This document shows positions 44,456 to 57,712 of a stretch of DNA of 64,000 nucleotides, piece after piece. The notes below the pieces were generated by a model. The model was not told the DNA's origin and did no database searches. It was given only the letters and a program-made list of their open reading frames with translations. Origin of the DNA: Selaginella moellendorffii (lineage: Eukaryota > Plantae > Lycopodiophyta); the NCBI RefSeq assembly GCF_000143415.4, contig NW_003314296.1, positions 1,091,858 through 1,155,857 on the forward strand, in the 5' to 3' direction. A program made the position numbers and the translations under genes. Within the stretch, counting starts at the first letter, position 1, and the number at the start of each line of letters is the position of its first letter.

Positions 44456-45960
44456 TGAGATCCTCGTGAGAAAGATGTGTAAGCAAACGCGCTATGCAAA
44501 ACTTTTGACAGATCGCTCTCGCTGTACGTAAGAAAGCAAAAAATTGACATAAATGGAGTCAAGATCACAGGCTTGATGGATGTATTCCAAAAAAATGCGA
44601 AGCTTTTGAATGGAGCCAAGAAGTTGATGGGTATCACTTGCTTACACTTTCCTGCCACTGGAAAATGAAAATGCCCACCACTCTTTCATTCAAGTAGTCC
44701 GCTTTCTTTCCATTTTCTGGAAGGCAAGACCCACGCTCACTCGTTGCTCTTGCTTCGCTTGCTTGATGCTACAGTTTTGTTCCCTCCATTCACACTCGAA
44801 AATTTAAATTCCTTTCTTGGCGCGCGACCTTGGCTTTCGCTATGATCCATCAAAATCCAAGAGATTGCTTTCGCGCTACGCTCAGTCCCTTGTGTAGCTG
44901 ATCTGGTAGTACCAGAGTAGAGTTATTAGTGGACAGAGAGTGGACACCCACAAGAGCAATCATGCCCAGCTTTAAATCTGGCCTTTATTCTTGCTTGCCA
45001 GTTAGTGTTGTTAGTTGTCTAACTAACACAAGATGATCGATCATCCATAAACCCCAAATGTGCGAAATTTATCTAGAGAAGAAACAATGTCTCGTTTATT
45101 GTGCATGCCCATGAGATCTAAATTAAAACCATATATGAGATTGTTGATTAATCTCTCCCATCAAGTTTATGCTATCATCTCATGTTTGACATTGACAAGG
45201 TTTTGCATGGAAGCATGTTTGTTACGCTTCGAATTGCACGAGGATCAAGAACACTTCAACCTCGCAGAACAGCAGAAAATGTTTAATATGTTCAAGCATC
45301 AACTGGTGCTTATATAAAAAATTTCTTAAAGAAAAAAGCCACACTCTCAACAAGAACAGCAGCTTTCTTGTTTAAAAAGTGATGAAAAAAACTCTCTCCA
45401 GGTACCCTCTCTGAAATGAAATAGACCAACACCAACAACTACACAACAAGCAGCAAATTCAGAAAAACAGGTTTGGAGTCAAAGTGAGAGCAGCCTTTTG
45501 TCAGTGCTGGCCTGAATTCTGAATCATCCTGTAGTGCCAATTGCACTAGAGAGGAGAGTCAACCAATCCAAGTGAGAGCAAGAAAAAACAAGAGAAAGAA
45601 ATCATACATATACTTGAGAGCAGACAATGGTTGGATGCAACTTGGAAGGAGCCTCTTCTCTATTTTATCCTTCTTTTTACTGCTGCTGGGTTGTTGTAAC
45701 TTGCAAGTATTGCCAGAACTTTTACCACTGGTTCTTCAGTTCAGTTCAGAAGTTACTGAGGAACCACTGCTTGATTGATGTTGGTGAAGTGCTGACTTTC
45801 TTCATCAATGATCCATTTAATGGATCTCTCCTGCTGTTGTCTGTTAGCTGCTTGAATTCATGAGCGATCCTTCCTGGATCTCTTGCACACTTACCTTGAT
45901 CTTCGGGAAGTAGAATTTGATTACCCACGAAGACGATCGATCGAGATCATAGAGCAAGCG

Positions 45961-47094
45961 TCAAACCAGCCTATGCCAGAAGAGCTCCGTGAACACCTCC
46001 ATGATCGTCGCATGGAACTCCGGCGGGTTGAGCGAGAGATAGCGCTGGAGGAGCTCCCGGAATTCGCTCATCTTCTCCAATCCATTCGCGGCGCTCATCT
46101 CCAGCATCGAGTCCTTGTAGTCTCGGTATGGATCCACCGAGAACTTGGCCACCGCCACCCCTCCCACTTTCTTCTCCGCTGGGATCTTCTCGTGAGCTAG
46201 AACACCGCAATCGCAATTGCCGCAAATGGAAGACGAAACCATCTTCTTTGGCTGCTCCTTCTCCTCCAGCTCCAGCTCGCCGATCTTTGACGAGCAATCG
46301 GGCGATGGGAAGTGCTTGTCACCGGCGCTCTGGACAGATCTGATGTAGTGATCGAGGGAGAAGAAGGAATCATCGAGAAAATGGCCACCAGAAGCCACCG
46401 GAGGGGCAATGAAGACATTCTTGGAAGTGGCCTCCAAGCGATCCACCAGGAACTCGGAGCTGAAGCGATCCTCGTCGAGGCATCTATCGTCGCCGCTGGC
46501 AAAGGAGAGCTCCTTGTCCCACGAGTAGTGATTCTGATCGTCGGCAGCCGAGGAGGAGGTGCTAAGGCGGTATCGCGAGGACGAGCAAGATCCCGAGTCG
46601 GCCTGATCACTCATCACTGGAGCCGTCTCCTCCCTCGCGAGCTTCTTCTTGCTCTTCTTCTTCAAGATCACCTTCTTGGTGACGAAATCGTCACCGACCT
46701 GCGTGACGATGTTCCAGGACTTCTCTTTCTCCCAAATTTCGTCGCTCTCGGCCTTGTTCTTAGCGCTCTTGGCCGAGATCTTCCTCTTGCCCTGGATTTG
46801 GAACTTGTAGCTGTCGACGACCATCCCGGCGGTGCTAACCGCGCAGGGATTGCAAGCCAGGAGGAGGAGCTGATCCAGCCCCGCCGATTTGCCGCAATGC
46901 TGCTTGTTGCCGATGAATGCCGGTCGCGATTTCTCGTATTTCGCCATGGAGAGCGGCTTGCTAGGCGGCGAGCTCCTGGAATTGGAGGAATCCCTCCTAG
47001 CCCTGTACCTAGATTTGAGATAACCGAGCGAGAAACACTTCCTTGTTAGCCGGAAAGCGCGCAATCGCTGCAAAGCCAGCCTTAGCCGCCTCAT
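45961..47094 (-). CDS. OFP: OVATE family protein, intronless CDS
   Basis: C-terminal AVAKFSVDPYRDYKDSMLEM..ELLQRYLSLN..HATIMEVF OVATE domain. Confidence 0.92.
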   Translation of the reverse strand: MRRLRLALQRLRAFRLTRKCFSLGYLKSRYRARRDSSNSRSSPPSKPLSMAKYEKSRPAFIGNKQHCGKSAGLDQLLLLACNPCAVSTAGMVVDSYKFQIQGKRKISAKSAKNKAESDEIWEKEKSWNIVTQVGDDFVTKKVILKKKSKKKLAREETAPVMSDQADSGSCSSSRYRLSTSSSAADDQNHYSWDKELSFASGDDRCLDEDRFSSEFLVDRLEATSKNVFIAPPVASGGHFLDDSFFSLDHYIRSVQSAGDKHFPSPDCSSKIGELELEEKEQPKKMVSSSICGNCDCGVLAHEKIPAEKKVGGVAVAKFSVDPYRDYKDSMLEMSAANGLEKMSEFRELLQRYLSLNPPEFHATIMEVFTELFWHRLV

Positions 47095-47560
47095 TGATTG
47101 CTACACGCCAAGCGCAACGAGACGATCAAAGCGAGCACAGCCAGTGTTCTAGCAAAGATTCTTCCGCAAATCCATCCTCCCTGAGCAAGCGAACACGCCG
47201 CGATCACAGACAAGGCGTCAGTGAGCGAGCCGCGCAGGGAAGGAAGAGCCCTAGCTACGCGCACACACAAAAAGAGACAGCTCTATAGCGTCGCAGAGAC
47301 CGTATGCTATGGCCCAATGTGTACGGTGTGGTCCCCAAAAACCATTTGAATTCTCCCGCGCAACGTGCCGCCCTAAAAAAACGTGTGCGTGTCCGTGATA
47401 CGAAGTGGCGATCATCTTCTCTTTTTGACTCTTTTGGCGCGTCGTGTGATCCAATTCAACTCCCTTGGATTTTTATTTCGGATAAATTAGATGGAGTGTT
47501 TCTTCGCAGAAGAATCTAGGCGATCATGGCGTTTAGATCCAAGAGCCCTAACCCTAGAAT

Positions 47561-47860
47561 TCAATTGCGCGCTCCCGCCCTCTGCCGAGATCTTGCCACG
47601 TGTCGGGATCTGGTGATGAGCGCGCTGGTGAGCGCAAACATGCCGTGGACGCGCTTGAGCTTGCCGCTCCGGGCGAGCGATCGCAGCTGCCTGGCCAGCG
47701 ATCGCCGGAATTTCTTGGGGAGATTGGGGCCATACTTGCGCTTGATTCGGTGGAGGATCGCGGCGCTGCTGATGCCGCGCTTGGATTCCAGAAGCGTCGC
47801 CAGGATCAGCATAGGGATTTTAGGGATTCTCTTCCTCTTCCTCCTCCTCTTGCGCTTCAT
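47561..47860 (-). CDS. Arg-rich linker-histone (H15 winged helix) protein, protamine-like; alternative in-frame ATG at 48034
   Basis: MLILATL..KRGISSAAILHRIKRKY..LPKKFRRSLARQLRSLARSGKLKRVHGMFAL matches the plant H1 globular domain pattern; 21 R + 12 K in 99 aa. Confidence 0.8.
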   Translation of the reverse strand: MKRKRRRKRKRIPKIPMLILATLLESKRGISSAAILHRIKRKYGPNLPKKFRRSLARQLRSLARSGKLKRVHGMFALTSALITRSRHVARSRQRAGARN

Positions 47861-48404
47861 TCCCTTCCAGATCACTCGCTTCCTTTGTAATTTCACCCTG
47901 GATCGTCCTCTAGAGCTCTCCTTTCTCCTCTTTCTTGCTCCATGGTACTCGATATAGATCCGGCGTCCACGCCTGCCATCGCCAGGCAAGGGAATCAAGC
48001 ACGCATTTAGGGTTTGTCGGGAAGCTCCGGTCATCCTCGAAAGAGAGATTTGGAGGGAGAGGGATCCAGTGACATGGCATTGGATTAGGGTTTGGGGCTC
48101 TTCGATCTCCGGCAATCGATCGGCCGCGCCACGAGTTCCAGCCAGCAGCGATGATCATGGGCAGTGCACAAGAGTTTCGAGTGTGGGGTAGCATGGGACC
48201 GCCGGATGGAACTGTTTGTGGGGTCATAGATCTCTGTGGACATATGCTGGTATACTGTCGCTATCTGCAATGCGCGACGACTAATAGGTGGAGCGCAACT
48301 ACGCTCCCGAGAGATTGTTGTGGCAGCTTTCTGATCACTCCCGGAGGCCTGTCATGGGCGATTGAAATTCGGGCTTGGGTTCGTGGTTTCTGGGGCGATC
48401 AGGG

Positions 48405-51400
48405 ATGAAAGGGCCCGACGCCACAGCTAGAGGCGGACAGAGTGAGCACCACGATGATGCCTCCAAGCAATTGGTACCATTCTACAAGCTCTTCGCATTT
48501 GCCGATAGGCTGGACTACCTTCTCATGTTTCTGGGAACCGTGGGAGCGATTGGAAATGGTCTCGCGATGCCCTTCATGACTCTCATCCTGGGCCAAGTCA
48601 CGAATGCGTTTGGAAACAATTTTGGCGACCCGGGGAAGCTCTTTGATGCTGTCTCTCAGGTATGGGATTCATCTGTTTTTTTCTTGTTCGTTTGATTTCT
48701 TTTTGCTGACTATGACGAACAGGTCGCCGTGAGATTCCTCTATCTTGGCGCTGGCGCAGCAGTTTTATCATTTTGTGGTATGGATGGATTGTTTCCTCCG
48801 AAGAGGTCTCACTGTTTTTATATCCATACAGAGGTTGCTTTCTGGATTTGCACCGGTGAAAGGCAAGCCACTCGCATCAGGAGTCTCTATCTGCAAGCAA
48901 CTTTACGTCAAGATGTTTCGTTTTTTGATAAAGAAACGAATACCGGGGAGGTGATCGAGCGTATGTCGGGGGACACTGTTTTGATCCAAGATGCCATTGG
49001 AGAGAAGGTTTGGATCTTTTTCATTCTTTTGGAAGTTGGTCATTGTTTTTTTCTTGCGCAGGTAGGAAGGTTCTTACGGTTTGTAACAACGTTCGTCGGT
49101 GGATTTGCTCTGGCCTTTATCAAGGGCTGGAAACTTACACTCGTGATGATGTCGACTTTGCCTCTGCTGGTTGCTGCAGGAGCTACACTCGCTATACTTG
49201 TTTCGAAAATGGCTGGAAGGGGTCAGGTTGCGTACGCTAGAGCCGGAAATATAGTAGAACAAGTTGTCAGTGGCATCAGAACGGTATGGTTTGGATTTTT
49301 TTGCACTGTAATCACATTTCTCCTAACAATCTGAAGCTTCTATCAGGTTGCATCTTTCACAGGAGAGATTAAGGCTGTGGAGGACTACAACAGTGCCTTG
49401 AAAGATGCATATAATGCCACCATTTTTCAGGGTCTAGTCTCTGGATTGGGGATGGGATTTGCTCTGTTCACGTTCTTCAACAGCTATGCTCTGGCGTTAT
49501 GGTATGGCTCAAGGCTAATTATCAATGAGGGGTATAGCGGGGGTACAGTTCTGAATATAATCATTGTCGTTCTTCTAGGAGCAATGTAAGTGTTTGATAT
49601 GCTTTCAAGCTTTGGCGTTAACTTTTTATTCCTTTTGTGCAGGTCTTTGGGTCAGGCTTCACCTTGTATCGGGGCGTTTGCCGCCGGTCGAGCTGCTGCA
49701 TATAAAATGTTTCAGGTTATCAACCGGACACCACAGATTGACTCTTTCGATACGAGTGGGATTACGCCCGGAACACTCAAAGGAGATATCGAGTTTCAAG
49801 ACGTAGATTTTGCTTATCCAGCCAGACCAGAGGTTCAGATATTCAAAAAGTTTTGCCTTAAGGTACCTGCTGGAACAACGGCTGCTTTGGTGGGGGAAAG
49901 TGGAAGTGGAAAGTCTACTGTTATAAGCTTGCTGGAGAGGTTTTATGATCCAAGCGGAGGTCAAATTCTTCTCGATGGTTACGACGTGAGAGCGCTACAA
50001 ATTCAGTGGCTGAGACGTCAGATTGGGCTTGTGAGCCAGGAGCCTGTTCTATTCGGTGCATCTATAAGAACAAATATCGCTTATGGAAAAGATGGTGCAA
50101 CGAACGAAGAGATATTACTTGCGGCCCAGCTCTCTAATGCTTCGAAATTCATCAACAAGATGCCAGAAGTAAGTTTTGATAAATCGTTTTCTTTCCTGAG
50201 TAACTCTAGTAATTCTCACAGGGATTCGACACACAAGTTGGAGAGCAGGGGACGCAGTTATCTGGAGGACAGAAACAGCGAATCGCTATTGCTAGAGCTA
50301 TTATAAAGAATCCTCGTGTTTTACTACTTGATGAAGCAACGAGCGCCTTGGATGCTGAATCCGAACACGTAGTTCAAGAAGCTCTTGACCGGTTCATGGT
50401 CGACCGCACAACAGTTGTAGTTGCTCATCGTCTCTCTACGGTAAAGAATGCGTCTCTCATATCTGTGGTACAAGATGGAGCCATTATCGAGTCAGGTACG
50501 TATCCCGAGTCTTCTGCGCCAGTGTCTTAAGATGACTATCTTTTCCAGGTACACATGTTGAGCTGCTTAAAAATCCCGACGGTGCATACTCTCAACTTAT
50601 CCGACTTCAAGAAGTGCACGAAGAAAGTGCTCCAGCAGTCGATCCCGATCAGGTAGCAGCTCCAAATGAACGGGCTCTGAGTAGAAGCGGCAGCAAAAAT
50701 TCTTCGGGACGGTGGTCGGGACGATGGTCTTTTGGCAGTAGAAGGAGCCGCACGTCATTCTCGATCAGGAGATCGGGCGGGGCCGCCCCCGAGATGGAGT
50801 TTGTGGAGCTCGAGCCCAGACGAAAGCGTTTCTTATTTTGCTTTCGCTCTGAGACGAGCGAGGACGTTGAAGCGGGCAGGGACGCGGACCCCAAGGATGT
50901 CTCTATATTTCGAGTTGCAGCTCTAAACAGGCCAGAACTTCCGATACTTATTTTCGGATCAGTGGCCGCAGTCGCTCACGGAATAATTTTTCCAGCCTAC
51001 AGTCTGTTACTATCGAGTATGCTGGCCACGTTCTTCGAGCTCGACAAACACAAAGTCCGAACCGAGTCAAACTTCTGGGCGCTGATGTTCGTCGTGATGG
51101 CTGCTGGCAGCATCGTCGTTTGTCCTTCTAACTTGTTCTCATTTTCAATAGCGGGTAGCAGGCTGGTTAATCGTATCAGGCAAATAACTTTTTCGAATAT
51201 CATCCGACAGGAAGTCTCGTGGTTTGATACACCGGAGAACTCAAGGTACATTTCATCTTTAAGTCTCCAATCCAGCTTAACTTTCGCGTTGATCAGCGGT
51301 GCCATCGGTGCCCGGCTTTCGTCGGATGCTGCTAGTGTTCGAGGAATGGTAGGAGACTCTTTGTCCTTGGCCGTGCAAAATGGATCAACCGTTGTTGCGG

Positions 51401-52869
51401 GGCTTGTAATTGCATTCACTGCAGACTGGCAGCTAGCTCTTCTCGTCCTGGCAATGGTGCCTGTTCTGAGCATTGTCGGCCTTCTCCAAGTCAGGTTGAT
51501 GACGGGCTTTAGCGCTGACGCCAAGGTAGACATTTCCTGCTTCTATCTTGTTTAATCTGTGAGCGTTTTCTTTTAGACCACGTACCAAGAAGCGAGCCGA
51601 ATTGCAACGAGCGCAGTGAGCAACATTCGCACCGTTGCATCGTTTTGTGCGGAGAAGAAGATGCTGGAACTGTACAAGCAATCGTGCAAGAAGCCTCTGG
51701 CCAATACTGTTCGCATTGGATATATCAGTGGTGCTGGTCTTGCCATCTCCACTCTCGTGCAGTTCGGTTCGCAAGCTCTCATCTTCTGGTATGGTGCCCG
51801 CCTCGTCCGCCAGGGAAAGACAGAATTTAAGAACGTTTTTAAGGTCCTTGGAAGTTTTCACCTTTTCGTTTTCTTCTTGGTGCTCATGATATTCTTTCCA
51901 CTGACAGGTGTTCTTTGCTATCATCTTCACTGCTCTTAGTGTCTCCCAGACACTGGGACTAGCTCCAGATCTTTCAAAGGTGAAAGCTTCCGTCGCTTCG
52001 ATCTTCGCTACCATCGATAAGAAGTCCAAGATCGACGCAGCAGACCCTTCAGGAAGAGAGTTAGAAGATCTCAAGGGCCATATTGACTTTCGGCACGTTA
52101 GCTTCCGGTATCCTACCAGGTCTCACGTACCGATTTTCCACGACCTGAGCTTCTCCGTTCGAGCAGGGAAGGTAGTGTTTTCCTCTCTCTCTCTTTTTGT
52201 TTTCTTACTTCGAGTTTCTTGCCTCAGACATTGGCTCTAGTCGGAGAAAGTGGCTGTGGGAAATCAACAGTGATTTATCTCCTAGAGCGATTCTACGATC
52301 CCGATGGAGGCCACATCTTGGTAGACGGCGTCGACATCCGAAAGCTCCAGCTCCGATGGCTTCGCCAACAAATCGGTCTTGTCAGCCAAGAGCCGATTCT
52401 CTTCACCGGAACCATCCGCTCAAACATCTCGTATGGAAAGGACGGCACTGTGACTGACGAGGAGGTAGTGAACGCTGCGGTGGCCTCCAACGCTCACGAG
52501 TTCATCACGAGCCTCCCAGACGGCTACAGCACACAGGTTGGCGAGCGAGGAATCCAACTCTCGGGTGGACAGAAGCAGCGGATCGCCATCGCCAGGGCTA
52601 TCATCAAGCAGCCCAAGATCTTGCTGCTGGACGAAGCCACCAGCGCTCTCGATGCCGAGTCGGAGCACGTCGTCCAGGCGGCGCTCGACCGGATCATGGT
52701 GGACAGAACAACCATCGTCGTCGCGCACAGGCTCACGACGATCGTCAATGCGGACATGATCGCGGTGGTGAAGAATGGATCGATCGTCGAGAAAGGGAAG
52801 CACTCGGACTTGGTGCACGTCGAGGGAGGAGCTTACGCCTCGCTCGTCAAGCTCCATGCCGCGGCTTAG
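48405..52869 (+). CDS. ABCB: Full-size ABCB (MDR/PGP) transporter
   Basis: Two TMD-NBD halves: GESGSGKS and [27 protein letters not shown]. Confidence 0.96.
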
Positions 52870-52882
52870 ACATCCCACGGCT

Positions 52883-52989
52883 ATTATTTAAACTATGAAT
52901 CCAACGGTAGAGTTTTGTTGGTTTAATCTGTCGGTGGTGAGAAATGAATGAATCTGACGGCTCTTATTAAACTATGAATCCAACGGTAG
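52883..52989. repeat. Short duplicated element AAACTATGAATCCAACGGTAG
   Basis: Two exact copies ~79 bp apart between ABCB and the sugar transporter. Confidence 0.7.
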
Positions 52990-53500
52990 GGATTTTCTAT
53001 TTTCAGGTGACTATGGATTGACGGCTATGATTTGTTCTGGGCGGTCTTTTTGGCGCGACGCTATAGAGTCCAGACTATTCGGAAAAGAACAAATATCCGG
53101 CCATGCGGCGCAATGGAATAGTGCCACGTCGGAAGGTATCCACGTGTCACGCAAATGCTGGGCAGACACGTGGTCGGACGAGAATATCCCGCACCGCGAA
53201 CCAAGGCGTGATGCCACCTCTCTTTGTCCCGAGGAAGTATTTTGTTTCGATGCTAGGGCAGCGTTCAGATCGTCGACACGCTCACGGAATCTCTTCTTCC
53301 TGCTTGGAAAATTTCGATCCAGCGATTCTTCCATCCATCGATCCACCGCCAGGTTTTCGTGTTCTTGCGATCGAGGAGCGCGGTCATGCCAGGATAATGC
53401 AGCCACGCAATCCCGATCTTCATCGATTGAGCAGCGCTTTTCTCCTCGCCAGGGCTTAGGGTTCTTGAGCTAGCTTCTCCTTCTCTCCCTCACGCGTCAA

Positions 53501-56176
53501 ATGCAAGGCGCTACAAAGATCGCATTGGCAGCTGCGCTTGGAAATCTTCTCCAGGGTTGGGACAATGGCGCCATCGCCGGTGAGTGATCAAACATTCAAG
53601 CCAGCTTTATGTATGGCATCCATTTTTCTCTCTCTCATTTCGGCATAGCTTCCTTTAGAACCATCATTTCATGTTTTCTTTGCGATTTTGCTTTCTCGAA
53701 TGTTTTATTCTTGTCACTAACGTGTATCTCTTGATCTTGCTAGCTTTCTGTTTCCATTTCTCATGTCCTTCTTTGCGATTTTCTCGATTGATTTCTTCTT
53801 GTCACTAACGTCTTGATCTTAGGTGCACTGCTTTATATCAAGCCAGAGTTCCATTTGGAAGACAAGCCCACTATTGAAGGCTTCGTTGTGGCTTCCACGC
53901 TCCTTGGAGCTGTATGTAGCACAGTCTGTGCTGGTCCAGGGGCGGACTGGCTTGGAAGGAAGCTGATGCTCATCTTATCTTCGGCACTTTTCTCAGTAAG
54001 CTCGTGCGCTATGCTCTGGTCGCCAAGCGTCTACGCGCTCATCGCCAGCCGGTTTCTCGTGGGGACTGGCATTGGACTGGTCGTGACCATCGTCCCGATT
54101 TACATCGCTGAGACGGCTCCGTCGGAGATCCGAGGGCAGTTGGCAACTTTTCCACAGCTCCTGGGATCTGGCGGGCTGTTCGTCGTGTACATTATGGTGT
54201 TCTTCCTGTCGCTAACGGCGGATCCCAGCTGGAGAATGATGCTGGGAGTTTTGCTCATCCCAGCTCTTCTGTACCTGGCGCTGGTGATATTTTACTTGCC
54301 CGAATCGCCAAGGTGGCTCGTAAGCAAAGGCCGGATGCTGGAGGCTAAGTATGTTCTACAGCGGCTACGCGACAGAGACGACGTTTCAGGCAAGTATTTG
54401 CTTGTTGACTTTTTTTTTGTCTTGTGACTGATCCTTTGTTTGACAGCGGAGCTCGCTCTTCTTGTCGAGGGTCTCGGTGTCGGTGGTGAGGCATCACTCG
54501 AGGAGTGGCTACTCAAACCCGCACCGGAAGACGTGCTCGAAAACGGTGTCCCGCAAAAACACGAGTCTCAAATCAAGCTTTACTCACCCGAGGAAGGTAT
54601 CGCGTGGATTGCCACCCCAGTCGTAGAAGAACCGGCTGGCCACTCGCTTGTGCCAACCTTCCCCAGCTTTAGCATGAAGAGCGTCCATCTCATGGATCCT
54701 CTTGTGCAACTTATCGGAAGTGTACAGCAGACTCAGGAACACCACCAAGCCGTTGAAGGACTCGAGCGTGATTATCCCGAGGAGCCACATTTCAAGGAAG
54801 AGGAGGACAAGCCACGCGATAATGGCTACGAGTCAGACATGGAAGAAGGGATGGTGGGAAATCTCGACGAGTCGAACCTCGAAGCGCCGCTACTTCACAA
54901 GCGGTCTGGCGTGTCAAGCAGGGACAACTCGGGAGCCTTTGAGGACGTGGAACAGGGACATGAAACAGTGCCGGAAAGACGAGGAAGTAGAAGCAATCTG
55001 GTTTCTCGTGGCAGTATGCACCATGGAAGCATGCCGGAGTCTCTTGGAAGTGTGGGAATCGGAGGTGGATGGCAACTGGCCTGGCAATGGTCTGAGCCCG
55101 AGCAGGGAACGGGGCATACAGAGGAAGGCGGCTTCAAAAGAGTTTTCTTGCTGCAGGAGGCAGTGGACGCGTCTGGCCGAATTGTTGGATCTACGGCATC
55201 GTTACCAGGAATTGCCGAAGGGGACTCTATTCCAGCAGCAGCCATAGTTGGACACCCAGCGCAGTCGATGAGGGATATCATCGGTGAGGCTCCAGTTGGC
55301 CCTGCCATGCTGCATCCTACGCAGACAGCTACGAGCGGGCCTGCGTGGTCGGACATATTTGTTGGCGGCGTCAAAAGAGCTCTTATCGTTGGCTTGAGCT
55401 TGCAAGTCTTACAGCAGGTATGATTTTTTTCTTTCTTAAGTTTCGTCCTTGATGTATCCGAGCTTTTACTTCTCGTTGTTTGCAGTTTAGTGGCATCAAC
55501 GCTGTGCTCTACTTCATTCCACAGATTCTCCAGCAATCTGGACTAGCTGTTTTACTCTCGGACGCTGGTATCAACGCGAACTCGGCGTCTATACTAGGAA
55601 GTGCCACCACGTCCTTGCTCATGCTTCCATGCATTGTGTTGGCCATGCGCTTGATGGACCATTCTGGCCGTCGGTGAGTAGATGCTTTCGCTAGCACGAG
55701 GCTTTTGAGATTTGACGCTTTGGTTTAACAGGCAGTTGCTGCTTTCAACGCTTCCGGTGTTGTTGCTGGCACTGGTGGCCGTGACATTCTCAAACAACTA
55801 CCTCCGTGCTGGGCTCGTTCAGGCAGTCATTTCCTTCCTCAGCGTGACGCTCTACGCTTGCTCGTTCGTGATGGGATTTGGGCCGATCCCAAACATCCTT
55901 TGCTCGGAGATATTTCCAACAAGGGTCCGTGGCCTCTGCATAGCAATGTGCCAGGCCACATTCTGGGTGTGCAACATCATCGTCACGTACCTCTTCCCGA
56001 TTCTCCTCGTCCGACTCGGCCTGGGAGGAGTCTTCAGCCTGTTCGCATTGGTTTGTCTCGTGTCGTGGATTTTCATCTTCCTCAAGGTCCCGGAAACGAA
56101 AGGGCTGCCTTTGGAAGTCATCTCGGAGTTCTTCGCTATGACCGATCGCCTCGAAGCCAAGAAATCGTCAACTTAA
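53501..56176 (+). CDS. TST: Tonoplast monosaccharide transporter (TMT/TST, MFS with long central loop)
   Basis: GNLLQGWDNGAIAG, PESPRWL, GIGGGWQLAW, QQFSGINAV, PNILCSEIFPTRVRG, PETKG. Confidence 0.95.
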
Positions 56177-56921
56177 GCGCAGGTAACTTGCACTGGAGAG
56201 TTTTCGGTTTTAACTTGTGCATAGTTTATCCAGGAAAGATGGAAACACATCTTTTTCACTCGAGTTTAGGGAGTTTACGTATGTTCGTACATATAGTAAC
56301 GAAATAAGAAAACGATGATTGATTCTTGATTTATAGTCTGGTCTGGGTAAGTCAATCCTCTTCTTCCTGACATTAATCACAGGCAGGTGGGAGCTCTATC
56401 CATGCGATCTCTCTGTGCAGCAAAACTCGCTTTCTTGTGAGAGAAGGCTTTTGTACTTTGGCAAAGAAAAAGGTACCAAGCTTTCAAAAGCAAAAGAGAG
56501 TTTGTTGGTTTTTAACATGGAGCTGCTGTTTTCGTGCAGGATTGTCGCTATGGAGTAGTAACTTTCAAGCCAGGAAGCCAGGGAGGTGAGAACTTTGCTT
56601 TTTCTCTTGTTGTTCTACAAACTTAGCAACTTAATTTCGCAGCTAGGAGAAGACGACGCGGAAGATGCGAAATAAGGAGAGATTGCTGGTAATATATCTC
56701 TCCCTGCTCTAGTCTGCGATTCTGCTGTCCTTGGTTCTTCATTACGCGCCGTTACAGCTTTTATTTTTGGTTCTTCACCTCTTGCGAAGAAATTCAGTTC
56801 CTTCTTTTGTTACAGAAATTCATTGCGCCTCGCTCACCCACCGAGCACACAAGGCGAAGCGACTCGCGAACGACTCAATCCCACATGACGATGGTGGAAG
56901 GACGCATGGGATGAATTTGTC

Positions 56922-57512
56922 ATGGACAGCATCAGCTTGAGAAGCCACATCCTCGTCGAGCAGTCGGGCCTTGCAAGGATCCCAGGTTCGCTCTTCTTAA
57001 GTTCCATTCATTTTTTTTGCGAGTTCTTTAGATAGCTCCTTTTTTTTTCTCGCACAGGGAGTCTCGAGTCCCGAGATGAGCCTCGAGCGTCACAGTCCTG
57101 TCGGATTTGCCTGATGGGCGTGGAGCAGGAGTGGATCCAAATGGACTGCGCTTGCAAAGGTGAGCTTGCCATTGCTCATGTCGACTGCGCGGTGCGGTGG
57201 TTTAGCATCCGAGGGAACTCCTCGTGTGACGTTTGCGGCGAGGCCATCGGCAATCTCCCCGCCCTCTCCCCGCGCAAGCCCTGCTACCAGCAGCAAGATC
57301 AAAGCTATCCCGTGGTGCTCGACCAAGACGATGACGACTACTATGATCCCATAGACAGGTATGCTCTAGCGGGCGATCCATCGATCGATCGTCTTGCTAA
57401 CACAAGTGGCCTCTCCTTGGGCAGCTCTTGCAGTAAGATCGCAGTGCTGGTTGCGAGCTCCACCATCGGATTCTTCAGGCAAAAGCTCCGAGCCTTGGCA
57501 GAGTTCCCGTAG
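56922..57512 (+). CDS. RING-CH (RINGv) domain protein; ends uncertain
   Basis: CRICL..CACKGELAIAHVDCAVRWFSIRGNSSCDVC (C4HC3); intron 56986-57057 joins in frame. Confidence 0.75.
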
Positions 57513-57563
57513 GGGCCATTGAATGCGCATGAAACTGGTTTTTTTAAATGCGACGGTAGGATT

Positions 57564-57712
57564 TGCGACACGTGTTCTCCTGGATGGAGCCAGCTGTCTG
57601 CGAACGTGGCGACACGTGTACGCTTGAGTGGGCCAGCTGTCTGCGAAAGGGGGTCAGGAATTCGACACGTGTGAGGCCAGCAGTGCGACGCGTGTTTGCT
57701 TGAATGGATCCA
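57564..57712. repeat. ~44-bp degenerate tandem repeat with ACACGTGT and CAGCTG palindromes
   Basis: CGACACGTGT..GCCAGC(TGTCTGCGAA) three to four times. Confidence 0.75.
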
